From positions 2,304,001 to 2,368,000 of the forward strand of contig OZ250150.1 of NCBI GenBank assembly GCA_965237675.1: a DNA stretch of 64,000 nucleotides, in the 5' to 3' direction. The stretch comes from Candidatus Latescibacterota bacterium (GTDB lineage Bacteria; Latescibacterota; UBA2968; GCA-2709665). A model generated the notes under the pieces. That model was not told the DNA's origin. It was given only the letters and a program-made list of their open reading frames with translations, and did no database searches. The translations under genes and the position numbers were made by a program. This document shows, piece after piece, positions 29,062-38,705 of the stretch. Position 1 is the stretch's first letter. Every line of letters starts with the position of its first letter.

Positions 29062-30687
29062 ATGGGTACGATATCTCACGAAGGGAAAAGGCGGGCGCTG
29101 GAAGCCGGGAAGACGATTTTCGACTATGCGGACGATCTGGCGGTTCAGGTGCCCACCTCGTGCGGGCGCACCGGACACTGTCACGAGTGTGTGGTTGAAA
29201 TCAGGCGCGGGATGGACGCGTTGCGGCCCCGGAACGACGTGGAGTCGTTCCTTCGGGAGAACTACCGCCTCGCCTGCCAGGCGGTGGTTGAAGACGCCCG
29301 GGCTACTATCGAATTCTCGCCGCTGAGGCGCAAGCCCAAGATACTCTCTACCACACGGCAAAAGTCGCTCGATCCGGACCCCCTGGTCTCCCGCCGGGGG
29401 GACGTTGTTTATTATGACGGTGAAGCCATTGACAGGTACCGTGGCCACCTGTACGGCATTGCAATCGATCTGGGTACCACAACGGTGGTGATGGACCTCG
29501 TGGACCTGACCACGGGAAAGAGCGTCCACGTAAGTTCGTTCGAGAACCCGCAGCGTTTTGGCGGGAGCGACGTGATGCACCGCATCTCGTACGACGGGGA
29601 GTTTCAGGGCGAATTGCAGAAAGCGGTTGTGAACGCGATCAATCACGAAATACTGGAACTGGGGAGACGCTTCAGGTTTGTCCGCCAGGAGATTTACGAG
29701 GTGGTCGTGGCTGGAAACTCCACGATGCGCGATATTCTCTTCAGGCTGGACGTGCAGAGCATCGGTCAGAGACCGTACAAGTCCGGCGTGGAGCACGCCT
29801 ATCTCGAGGGCGAACGGGACACGACGTCGCTGCTGGAAGGCACAAGACGTCTGGGGTTGCGTGCGAACCCCAGGGCGAAGGTTTACGGGATGCCGCTGAT
29901 TGCCAGCCACGTCGGGGCCGATACCGCGGCCGACCTGGTGGCCATGGATATTGCATCTCAAGAGGGTTTGGTGATGCTGGTGGACGTGGGGACCAATACG
30001 GAGGTGGTCGTGGGGAGCCCGGAGCGGTTGCTGACCGCGTCCTGCCCGGCCGGACCCGCGTTCGAGGGGGGACTGATCCGGTACGGAATGCCGGGTTATG
30101 AAGGGGCGATCGAGTCGATTCGTCTGGATAACGGCGCGTTTGAATATCGGACCATCGGGCAGGTTGAACCGGAGGGAATTTGCGGATCCGGGTTGATCGA
30201 TCTGCTGGCGGAACTCCGGCGGCACGAGCGCATGGCGCCAAAGGGGATGTTTGCGGATCGGTCCTACGAGGTGATGGTTGTCCCGGAGTACGGAATTACG
30301 TTGTCACGCGAAGATGCCAGCAATCTGGCCCAGGCAAAGGCGGCGAATTACTGCGGTCAGTTTATCCTGATGCGACATCTCGGCATCGGTCCGGAAGATA
30401 TCGACATGCTCTACCTGGCCGGAGGTTTCGCGAACTATGTGAACGTGCAAAATGCGATTGAGATCGGATTTCTGGCCCCCGTCGCCGAAGACCGGGTTGT
30501 GAAGATCGGGAATGCGGCGGTCCAGGGAGCCAGAGAGGTGCTGCTTTCACGCGAGAAAAGAGCGTCCGTCGAAGCGCTGGTTAAAAAGATCGAACACGTC
30601 GAACTCGAGACGACACCGGATTTTTTCGAGGTGTTCGTGGAAGGATGTCAGTTCAAGCCGATGCCCGCCGCTTTTCTTAACCCGTGA
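29062..30687 (+). CDS. ASKHA-domain corrinoid reductive activator (RamA/RACo, DUF4445) with N-terminal 2Fe-2S domain
   Basis: SCGRTGHCHEC..RLAC, IDLGTTT, DVGTNTE, GPAFEG, GICGSG and LAGGF motifs. Confidence 0.93.
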   Translation: MGTISHEGKRRALEAGKTIFDYADDLAVQVPTSCGRTGHCHECVVEIRRGMDALRPRNDVESFLRENYRLACQAVVEDARATIEFSPLRRKPKILSTTRQKSLDPDPLVSRRGDVVYYDGEAIDRYRGHLYGIAIDLGTTTVVMDLVDLTTGKSVHVSSFENPQRFGGSDVMHRISYDGEFQGELQKAVVNAINHEILELGRRFRFVRQEIYEVVVAGNSTMRDILFRLDVQSIGQRPYKSGVEHAYLEGERDTTSLLEGTRRLGLRANPRAKVYGMPLIASHVGADTAADLVAMDIASQEGLVMLVDVGTNTEVVVGSPERLLTASCPAGPAFEGGLIRYGMPGYEGAIESIRLDNGAFEYRTIGQVEPEGICGSGLIDLLAELRRHERMAPKGMFADRSYEVMVVPEYGITLSREDASNLAQAKAANYCGQFILMRHLGIGPEDIDMLYLAGGFANYVNVQNAIEIGFLAPVAEDRVVKIGNAAVQGAREVLLSREKRASVEALVKKIEHVELETTPDFFEVFVEGCQFKPMPAAFLNP

Positions 30688-30704
30688 GTCAGAATCTTCA
30701 CCAC

Positions 30705-31811
30705 CCCCAAACGTCCCCTATTCCCTTGCCCTTTTTCGAAAGGTCGGGAGACGCAAGACGGGAGAGATTGCCTGCCCAGTGAGGTTCCAGTTCAGACCGG
30801 AGGAATCGAGGAAGATCAGATCGGGCAAGGATTTCTTCTACCGTCTACCGTCTCACGTCTCACCGCCTTTAAGAGAAGGGCGCCGCTCGGCGCGGGGCCG
30901 GTTTTTCCACAAATCTCACCTGTGGCGAAGACGAGCGATTGTGCCCTGCGTACAAATACGGCCCCACGGCGATACAATGCGGGACGGAATAGCGTGGAAA
31001 AACCCCCCACGCCACAACCGTGCGCATGAATGGATGTCGAGAGGTTCAATACAATGATGAAGTTTTACGTATAAGCGCGGAAGTCGCCTCCGCCCGCGCA
31101 GCGGGTGACCTGTTTTTCCGGGTTTTTTTCGGAACAACAGGGGACGCCTGGTTCTGGCGTTCGAGGCTGATGGTGAGCGGCGAGTCTCGTTGCCGCGAAC
31201 AAACCACGCACTCCGCCACCATCCGGCCGCAAGGTAGACCGGAAAGGATCACCGCAGGGACTTGCGTTCTTACCGGTAGCCTGTGTTAGCTGATAGCTCC
31301 TCGCTCACGGAATACCAATGAAAGGACGCTCAAAATGCCCTTCGAGAGGTCTACCAGAGCAGAGCGCGTGGTTCCGTTCATCACCGAGGGTGGATGCCGT
31401 ACCGGGGCTTTAAGGGCAGCAGATCCGGTGCATCCCGTGAGGCAATTCGCGCTATGCATATGGTAGGCCCCGCGCCTAGCGGCGACTTTTAAAAGCGGTA
31501 AGAAGCAAGAGGCAAGAAGGTAGAAGGGTTAGTAACTTTGTCATATGAAACCCTCTGAACCGGAGTCTCGCTAACTGGAAAATAGAAGTGGATCGCGAAA
31601 GAGGGCGCGTAACCGGTGGGTGGCTGAGTGGCCTTCTTACCTCTACCGTCTTACGTCTCACGGTTTTAAGGAACCCGCCGGAGGCAGGGAATCTGGGGAG
31701 ATGTGGATGTTGAATTTGGTTTTCGCCTTCTGATTCTCGCTGACCGCTGAGAGCTGTTTTGGCTGCTTGTGATGGGCCGAATTTCGGCAATCTGTGTTCC
31801 CGGACCGAACA
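30705..31811. repeat. Diverged, expanded relative of the 28156-28885 element
   Basis: Shares aacgtcccc.attcccttgccctttttc, aagggcgccgctcggcgcggggccggtttttcc and a degenerate right end (ccgaatttcggcaatc...cggaccgaaca). Confidence 0.65.
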
Positions 31812-31843
31812 CGAGTGCTGCGTAACAACACGAGTGTATTCGC

Positions 31844-33445
31844 ATGGCGTTAAATCTAGAAAAAACAGACCCCGGCCGTGGCGCAGGGCCGAAGCGCTCC
31901 CTGCGCAGTCTGCTCCATGACTCGGATGCGTTCGTCGTCTGCGTGGAACTGGTCAATTCCCGCGGCGTGATTACCGAGCGCCGCGGACGCCGCGTGCTGG
32001 ATCTCGCCCGAGCGCTTGCCGACCATCCGGACGTCCACGCCCTGAGCATCACCGACAATCCCGGCGGGAATGCCACGAACAGCGCGGATACGATGGGGAT
32101 GGACCTGCTGCGTCGGGGGCAGGAGGTCATCATTCACATTTCGTGCAAGGACTGGAACCGGAACGCGCTGCTGAGCAGAGGCTGGGAACTCGCAAGCGAA
32201 GGATTCGAAAACGTGCTGGCGCTGTCGGGCGACTATCCCGTGAGCGGATATCGGGGGCAGGCGGGGGGCGTGTTTGACATCGATTCGGTCGGCCTGTTGA
32301 AGATGCTGTCCGACATGAATTCAGGAATGCAGGTGGAAGGCGGGGGAACCGGCCAAGTGCTGGCGCCCACAAATTTTTTCCTCGGTGCGGTGGTGAACAA
32401 CCACAAGCGATACGAACGCGAGGTGATGCCGCAGTATTTCAAGCTGGCGAAAAAGGTGGAGAGCGGCGCCGGTTTCATCATCAACCAGATTGGGTACGAC
32501 GCGCGCAAGCAGGACGAGTTGTTGAAGTATATGGCCCTTCACGATCTCCGGGCGCCGGTGCTGGCCAACGTGTACGTGCTCAGCCCCGCTTCGGCGCGGT
32601 TTTTTCACGCGGGCAACATCCCCGGCGTGATTGTAACCGATGAGTTGCTTGCGCTGACCCGAAAACATGCACGTTCCCGGGACAAGGGCAAGGCCTTCTT
32701 CCTGGAGTTCGCCGCGAAGCAGTGCGCTATCGCCAGGGGGCTGGGATATCGCGGGGCTTATCTTGGCGGACACCTGAAATTCGAGGACTACGCGCGAATC
32801 CTGGAGATTTCCGGCGGCTTCGGCGAAGCGGATTGGAAAGACTTCGTTCATGAGTTTCTCTTCCAGCAACCCGACGAGTTTTTTTTCTTCGAACCCGACG
32901 AGTCGACGGGGTTGAGTTCGGACGAGGTCAACCGCCAGTATCGCCATTCGAAGGATCCCGAGGTATTGAGGGCCGCCAGGAGCCGCGTTTCCACGGGCTA
33001 CAAGGTCAACCGCTTCGTGCACGAACAGGTTTTCGAAAAGGGTCGCCCGGCCTTTCGTATCGGCAAGAAGATCTTCGAGGCCGTGGATCGCGCCGGAAGC
33101 GGCCTCCGGAGGGCCGTGCATGGAGCGGAGCAGGCGGTGAAGATTCTGGGCTTCGATTGCCGGGACTGCGGCGATTGCTCGCTCCCCGATATCGCGTTTC
33201 TCTGCCCCGAGTCGCAATGCGTCAAGAACCAGCGCAACGGCCCCTGCGGCGGAACGCGAAACGGACGATGCGAGGTGGGGGAGAAGGAGTGCATCTGGTC
33301 GCTGGCCTACGAACGGCTCAAGGCATACGGAGAGGAAGAGAAGATGCTGGACAGGCCGGCGGTCTTCAAGGACGGCGCCTTGAAGGGAACGAGCGCATGG
33401 GCGAACGCATTTCTGGAACGGGACCACCACGGCCGCACGAAATGA
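31844..33445 (+). CDS. metF: Methylenetetrahydrofolate reductase with fused Cys-rich MetV-like (MTHFR_C) domain
   Basis: ITDNPGG, HISCKDWN, LALSGD and KKVESGAGFIINQ. C-terminal CRDCGDC, CPESQC.KNQRNGPCGG, CE and CIW. Confidence 0.88.
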   Translation: MALNLEKTDPGRGAGPKRSLRSLLHDSDAFVVCVELVNSRGVITERRGRRVLDLARALADHPDVHALSITDNPGGNATNSADTMGMDLLRRGQEVIIHISCKDWNRNALLSRGWELASEGFENVLALSGDYPVSGYRGQAGGVFDIDSVGLLKMLSDMNSGMQVEGGGTGQVLAPTNFFLGAVVNNHKRYEREVMPQYFKLAKKVESGAGFIINQIGYDARKQDELLKYMALHDLRAPVLANVYVLSPASARFFHAGNIPGVIVTDELLALTRKHARSRDKGKAFFLEFAAKQCAIARGLGYRGAYLGGHLKFEDYARILEISGGFGEADWKDFVHEFLFQQPDEFFFFEPDESTGLSSDEVNRQYRHSKDPEVLRAARSRVSTGYKVNRFVHEQVFEKGRPAFRIGKKIFEAVDRAGSGLRRAVHGAEQAVKILGFDCRDCGDCSLPDIAFLCPESQCVKNQRNGPCGGTRNGRCEVGEKECIWSLAYERLKAYGEEEKMLDRPAVFKDGALKGTSAWANAFLERDHHGRTK

Positions 33446-33455
33446 GGGCAACCCG

Positions 33456-34502
33456 ATGAAATTGGACGGTCGAGACGGCGAGTTTATCGTGATCGGTGAG
33501 AACATCCACACCACAAGGGTGGTTCTCAGAAAGGGAAAGCTCGTCGTGAAGCGTCCTGCGGGGGTGGAGGCGGTCCGCTTTTACGACACGCACAGGAAAC
33601 GACGCTTCCTCGCGATTCCCGAAGATGTCAAGCGGACCCAGGACTACGAAGAGGGACGCGTCAAATACGTCAAAATCGCCCTGCATGCGGCGATGTCCGG
33701 GCGGGAGCCACACGCAGGTGACGGGCTGGCGTACCTGCACCGGCTGGTGCAGCGCCAGGTGGATGCGGCGGCGGGCTACCTGGATCTGAACGTGGACGAA
33801 GTCTCATTGCGCCTCGAGGAGCAAAAGGAGGCCATGCAATGGCTGGTGCGGGCCGTGCAGGAGGTGTGCCCGGTTCCGCTGTCCGTGGACTCCTCCAACG
33901 TCGAAACGATTCAGGTGGGGCTGGAAGCCTGCGACGGCAGGGCCGGCCGTGCGCTGCTGAACTCGGCCTCACTGGAGCGCCTTGAAGCCCTGGATCTGGC
34001 CCGGCGCTACAATTCCAGGGTGATTGTGACGGCTGCCGGGGGGAGCGGCATGCCTCAGGACGCTGGAGAGCGTGTCGCCAATGCGTCACGTATGGTGGAC
34101 GCGGCGCTTGCCAGGGGAATTGGTATTGAGGATATCTTCGTGGATATCCTGGTCTTTCCGATCTCGGTGGACGGCACGTTCGGGAATCACAGTTTCGAGG
34201 CGATCCGGAGGCTTCGCGCGAGATTCGGACCAGAGATTCACGTCACGGGCGGGTTCAGCAACGTATCTTTCGGGCTGCCGTGCCGGCGTCTCATCAACGA
34301 CGTGTTCACGATTCTGGCCGTCGAGGCCGGAGCGGACAGCGGGATTGTCGACCCGGTAACCAGCAGCCCGCAACGCGTTTTCTCCATGGACCGGGAAACG
34401 GAACCCTACCGGCTTGCGGAAGACATGCTCCTGGGACGGGATCCTATGTGCAAAAGCTATCTGCGTGCTTATCGAAAAGGCGCGCTGGACGCTTACCGTT
34501 AA
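33456..34502 (+). CDS. Pterin-binding methyltetrahydrofolate:corrinoid methyltransferase (AcsE/MeTr-like)
   Basis: IGENI, LDLN, PLSVDSS, LLNS and GFSNVSFGLP motifs. Confidence 0.9.
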   Translation: MKLDGRDGEFIVIGENIHTTRVVLRKGKLVVKRPAGVEAVRFYDTHRKRRFLAIPEDVKRTQDYEEGRVKYVKIALHAAMSGREPHAGDGLAYLHRLVQRQVDAAAGYLDLNVDEVSLRLEEQKEAMQWLVRAVQEVCPVPLSVDSSNVETIQVGLEACDGRAGRALLNSASLERLEALDLARRYNSRVIVTAAGGSGMPQDAGERVANASRMVDAALARGIGIEDIFVDILVFPISVDGTFGNHSFEAIRRLRARFGPEIHVTGGFSNVSFGLPCRRLINDVFTILAVEAGADSGIVDPVTSSPQRVFSMDRETEPYRLAEDMLLGRDPMCKSYLRAYRKGALDAYR

Positions 34503-34521
34503 GGGAGGAATTGGGAAGGAA

Positions 34522-35583
34522 TTGAAGACATTTCTCGAGCGGTTGGAAGATTCCAGGCCGATGGTTTACGACGGGGGATTTGGTTCGGAGTTGTTCAAAG
34601 GGCGTATCGAATTGACGAACAGCGCGCTCGCGAATGAATTGCATCCGGCTGCGGTGGTCGATATCCATTCTGCCTATATCGAAATGGGAACCGACGTTAT
34701 AGGGACCAATACCTTCGTGGCGTCGCCTCTGCACCTGGAAATGGCGGGCAAGGAGGGGTCCCAGGCCGGGGCGATTGCCCGGCTGGCCATGGAACACGCG
34801 AGAACGGCAGTCGAAAAGAGCGCCAGGGAGGTCTATATTGCGGGTTCTATCGGTCCGTCTCCGTGGGCTATCGAATCGGACGCGGGGGATACGGTGTTCG
34901 GTATCGAGGACGGGAAAGTGAGGGCGGCGCACGAGCAGGTGATCCATGCGCTGGCGGAGGGCGGGGTGGATCTCATTTGCATCGAGACCATGTTTTCCGC
35001 GAAGGAGGCCGCCATTGCGGCGGACGTCGCGAGGAAGACCGGGTTGCCCATCGCCATCAATCTGACCTGCAAGTACACGAAGGACCGTAAAACGGGCGAA
35101 GTCATTTACCGGACGGACTGGGGGCATTCAGCGGAGAGTCTTCTGGAATTCCTGAGTTCCGGGGAGTTTTCGGACGGGGATAATCTGCTGGATCACGTAC
35201 ACATCATCGGGATGAATTGCGGCGCGGAGACCCGGCGGATGGAACATACCGGGATGTCTTACGCAATCAACGGAATCGGGCAGTTCCGGGAAGCGTTGGA
35301 GGAGCGGGGGATTGCCGGGATCAGGTTGATGGCCTATCCCAACGCGGGGCTGCCGCAACTGGAAAGAAAGACCGGCCGGACGACGTATTCCCTGACGGCG
35401 GAGGATATGGCGCGTTCCGTCCCCGATCTGATCGACGCGGGCGCATATATTATCGGAGGTTGTTGCGGGACGGGGCCGTCGCATATCCGGGCCTTCCGCA
35501 GGATGGTGAATGGGGGGTTCGCGAAGAACGGGAACGCCTGGAAAAAGGCCGGTGGCGGCGAGCGGCCAAACGCGGGGCACTGA
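34522..35583 (+). CDS. Homocysteine S-methyltransferase domain protein (stand-alone MetH N-terminal module)
   Basis: DGGFGSEL, TNTF, GSIGP, IETM, GMNC, PNAG and IGGCCG Zn ligands. TTG start about 34522. Confidence 0.9.
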   Translation: MKTFLERLEDSRPMVYDGGFGSELFKGRIELTNSALANELHPAAVVDIHSAYIEMGTDVIGTNTFVASPLHLEMAGKEGSQAGAIARLAMEHARTAVEKSAREVYIAGSIGPSPWAIESDAGDTVFGIEDGKVRAAHEQVIHALAEGGVDLICIETMFSAKEAAIAADVARKTGLPIAINLTCKYTKDRKTGEVIYRTDWGHSAESLLEFLSSGEFSDGDNLLDHVHIIGMNCGAETRRMEHTGMSYAINGIGQFREALEERGIAGIRLMAYPNAGLPQLERKTGRTTYSLTAEDMARSVPDLIDAGAYIIGGCCGTGPSHIRAFRRMVNGGFAKNGNAWKKAGGGERPNAGH

Positions 35584-35604
35584 CGGCGCGGGAAGGGGTG
35601 ACAG

Positions 35605-35874
35605 GTGGCCGAGTACCAGGTGCTCTACTGGAAGGATATCCCCGCGCAGGTGCGGGTCTTCGACGGGAAGCGGCGGGTTGCGCGCCAGATGCCGCCGAGA
35701 TTTCAGCAGGCGATCGACCGTTTGGCGATGAAGGAGGGTCTTGCCGGATCGGACGCGTACCTGGCGCATTGGCAATGGAGCGAACGGCAGGAACGTCCCG
35801 GAAACCCGCAGGCGGTTCTGCAGGCGGTAGTACAGGACCTTGAGCGGGCTTACGACGAACGGGGTCAAAGGTAA
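35605..35874 (+). CDS. 'Virulence factor' (Virulence_fact)-family small protein of split-MetH clusters
   Basis: YWKDIPAQV...RFQQAIDRLAM..G....DAYLAHW signature. Confidence 0.8.
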   Translation: MAEYQVLYWKDIPAQVRVFDGKRRVARQMPPRFQQAIDRLAMKEGLAGSDAYLAHWQWSERQERPGNPQAVLQAVVQDLERAYDERGQR

Positions 35875-35962
35875 GTACGGCCGGTCGGTGGGGCTGGTCA
35901 CGAGAACGAAGCCGGATGTGCGGCTTCGTCTTTGTTATCGGGTGATGGTTTGTGATACCGCC

Positions 35963-37546
35963 CTACAGAACCCCGGCCCCCTGAACGGGAGATGCAACCG
36001 TCAGTCTTTCCGGGATCCCGCGGGGGGCGTAGTACCGGGCGCGCATGGCTTCGATGATACGCTGCACGCCGTCAGATCTGACCAGGACCATCATGCTTCC
36101 GCCCAGGCCGGCGCCTGATATCTGCGCGCCGTCGGCGCCGGCATCCAGGGCGACGTCGACCATCTCATCGATCTCGGGGATGCTGCAGTTGTAGTCGCCG
36201 GGTTGGAGGTGGAGGTCTTTTTCAGGGTCGAATCGGGGCGCGTCCAGGCAGACGCGGTCGCCGTCGTGGGAGACGTTCATCAACTGCCCGTAGAGGTCCA
36301 CGCGGTTCCGGTTCAACACGTCCTTCAGTTTCCTGCTGCGTTCGGACTCGGCGATGCCGTAGGCGATGACCATGCGGATCTGGTAGCCGTTTGCGGGTTC
36401 ATCGTGGGTCGCGAATTGCTGTTCAAGAAATCGTTTCTGTTCAGGCAACTGGCGCAGGAGCCCCCGGCGGTCAATCTGTTCAGGCAGGGCCCCGATCAAT
36501 TCATAAATCTGAGACTGGTCCAGGCACTCGACCACGTCGGCGAGGTGGAACTTTTTTTCGATTTCCAGATCTTTTCTGGCCTCCACCACCCGTCGGATGA
36601 CGTCCGGGTGGTGTGCTTCCAGGTCGTTTCTGAGATAGACCTCTCCAATTTCGTACGTTGCCGTCTTTTCGTTGAATTTCTGCCCCGCGGCACCGGTTTT
36701 GTTCGCCTGGATGCCCGAGTCGAAGATGATGATCTGATAGCCGTCCGGAAACGGAAGGTAGGCGTCGACCATCAGCTCGGGCAGGGTCTTCATGTGCGTG
36801 ATTTTTCCCAGTTGGCCGCACTTGATCGCGGCGTGATCGCCGAAACCGCCCCGGGTCCCCACGTACCATTCCGCGGTGCCCGCGTACCTCACGAACTGCC
36901 GGTCGTCCAGATCGATGTCGTTGATGTGTGTCATGATTTCGGTCAACGCAACGACAACTGCGGACGAAGAACTGAGGCCGCCCTGATCGGGAATGCTGCT
37001 TCCCATGACCCCGTCGAAGCCGAGGAGTTGCTTCCGGGGATAGCGGGTGTGCAGGTAGGCCGGCGGCGCCTGCAACTTGGTGATCCAGTCCTCGTTGCCG
37101 CCCGCCGCCTTGCGTTCGTCTGTCTTTTCCTGCGTCCAGTCCAGCCACTCGGCGTCCGATGCAATGGGCCTGTCCGGAAGGGTTTCCGATATCCGGAAGC
37201 GCCGGGATCCATAAGCCGGATTCAGATTACGGATTTCAACCCGATCGTCGTCTCTGCGGGAAAAACAGATGAGGATCTCCTTGTCCAGGGAGATGGGATT
37301 GATGAAGGCGCCCCGGTGGTCGGCGTGCATGCCCACGGTGTTCAATCTCCCCGGCGACCTTACAAAGCAGACGTCCCTGTCGCCGTAGGCTTCCCCGAAT
37401 CGGGTCGCGTTTTCCGACAGGGCGTTCAATCGTTCTTCAAGCAGGCTTTCGTTGTTTCCGTAAACGGACTGGAGGCGGGAGATCAGACCCCCGTCTCTGC
37501 TCCGAACCGCCCGGATCCAATCACGTGTGCTTTTCTGGCCGATCAT
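35963..37546 (-). CDS. GHMP-family sugar kinase (galactokinase/GalNAc kinase-like)
   Basis: SPGRLNTVGMHADH, GGLSSSSA, GTRGGFGD and GAQISGAGLGG motifs. Confidence 0.85.
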   Translation of the reverse strand: MIGQKSTRDWIRAVRSRDGGLISRLQSVYGNNESLLEERLNALSENATRFGEAYGDRDVCFVRSPGRLNTVGMHADHRGAFINPISLDKEILICFSRRDDDRVEIRNLNPAYGSRRFRISETLPDRPIASDAEWLDWTQEKTDERKAAGGNEDWITKLQAPPAYLHTRYPRKQLLGFDGVMGSSIPDQGGLSSSSAVVVALTEIMTHINDIDLDDRQFVRYAGTAEWYVGTRGGFGDHAAIKCGQLGKITHMKTLPELMVDAYLPFPDGYQIIIFDSGIQANKTGAAGQKFNEKTATYEIGEVYLRNDLEAHHPDVIRRVVEARKDLEIEKKFHLADVVECLDQSQIYELIGALPEQIDRRGLLRQLPEQKRFLEQQFATHDEPANGYQIRMVIAYGIAESERSRKLKDVLNRNRVDLYGQLMNVSHDGDRVCLDAPRFDPEKDLHLQPGDYNCSIPEIDEMVDVALDAGADGAQISGAGLGGSMMVLVRSDGVQRIIEAMRARYYAPRGIPERLTVASPVQGAGVL

Positions 37547-37730
37547 CGTTCTGCCCTCCCGGAATCAGACGCCAGGAAAGCCGCCATTGTCGGCCGGCTT
37601 CGAGGATTCATTCCGGCGCGTTCCAAACGCTGAGAGATGAAAAGAGAAAACGACAACGCTTCCGATGGATTCGAAATGCGTTGTCGTTCTGGGCTGGGAA
37701 GACGCCGCCGGACCGCGCCGGGTCGGCACA

Positions 37731-38705
37731 CTAGAGCTTATCCGGATTGAAAATGCCTTTCTGCGTATCGACGACCCTCTCGGACCGGGTCTTGAACATG
37801 GTACCGGCCGGATAATAGCCGGCTTTGACGTAGGCGAGGCCGTAGGAGATGCACATCGGCCCCAGCAACGTGCCGGGATCCGTGAGGGATTCGCAGGCCA
37901 GTTGCGTTCGGTCGCCGAGAACGACGCCCATTTTGGATCCGCCGAGGTCGTACCATGTGTCGTTGATTTCGACCTTCAGGTTGACGCGCTTATCGCGTTC
38001 ACGAACGCCCTGGATGATGCCCAGGTTCGCGGCCGTGGCCTGGTTGCCGAAGTGGGTGGCGTACCCGCAGAGGCTGTCGCCGAGATACGAGGGGTGGGGG
38101 AAGTTGGCCTCGTCGAGCATGAGGACGTTTTTGAGTTCACCCCGGATGGCGTTGTCGCCCTGTTTCCTGTGGCCGCCCAGGATGATGTTGCCCCGGAGAT
38201 AGGCACCATGGCGGATTTCGTTATTCGGGCCGATTATGGCTGGGCCCTTGACGCCGGCTGTCGGCTCGATAACGGCTCCGGAACCGACGTAGATGTCCCC
38301 GCCGTCGAGGTAGACAACCGCACCGACCACCCTTGCGTCTTTCGCGACGTAGAGTGTATGGCCCCCCCCGTCGAGCGATCCGTGCACAAAGAGAGGTTCG
38401 CATACGACGCCGGGTTCGACCAGCACGGTGTAGTTCCCGATTCCGGGGAGGCCAGTCCGTTCTTCCGCGCCCTCCGCCGAACCGATTTTTTCGCCCAGCC
38501 ATTCCCTGGCATATTTTTCGATTCCGTCTTTGCCGATGAGATCGACGACCGACCTTGCCCCGTCGACCAGCGCCCGGTGTTCAAACGGGTATTTGTCGAG
38601 GTCGAAGAAGTTGGAAGGTCTCAACTCGCCGGGGACCTCATCCGCCGCCAGTTCGGTAACGATGACCGGATCGTCCTTCGTACCAGTTCCGTTCAGGGCC
38701 ATCAC
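37731..38705 (-). CDS. Left-handed beta-helix (GlmU C-terminal-like) acyltransferase
   Basis: GPAIIGPNNEIRHGAYLRG, HPSYLGDS and KMGVVLGD hexapeptide motifs. No nucleotidyltransferase domain. Confidence 0.8.
   Translation of the reverse strand: MMALNGTGTKDDPVIVTELAADEVPGELRPSNFFDLDKYPFEHRALVDGARSVVDLIGKDGIEKYAREWLGEKIGSAEGAEERTGLPGIGNYTVLVEPGVVCEPLFVHGSLDGGGHTLYVAKDARVVGAVVYLDGGDIYVGSGAVIEPTAGVKGPAIIGPNNEIRHGAYLRGNIILGGHRKQGDNAIRGELKNVLMLDEANFPHPSYLGDSLCGYATHFGNQATAANLGIIQGVRERDKRVNLKVEINDTWYDLGGSKMGVVLGDRTQLACESLTDPGTLLGPMCISYGLAYVKAGYYPAGTMFKTRSERVVDTQKGIFNPDKL

Noticed and set aside
28156-31811. CRISPR array or integron attC sites
   Set aside because: No regularly spaced identical repeats with unique spacers, and no cas or integrase gene.
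30690-31840. Cobalamin or SAM riboswitch, or a hidden gene, before metF
   Set aside because: I could not find B12-box or S-box consensus by eye, and the region is largely explained by repeat modules. An Infernal scan would be decisive.
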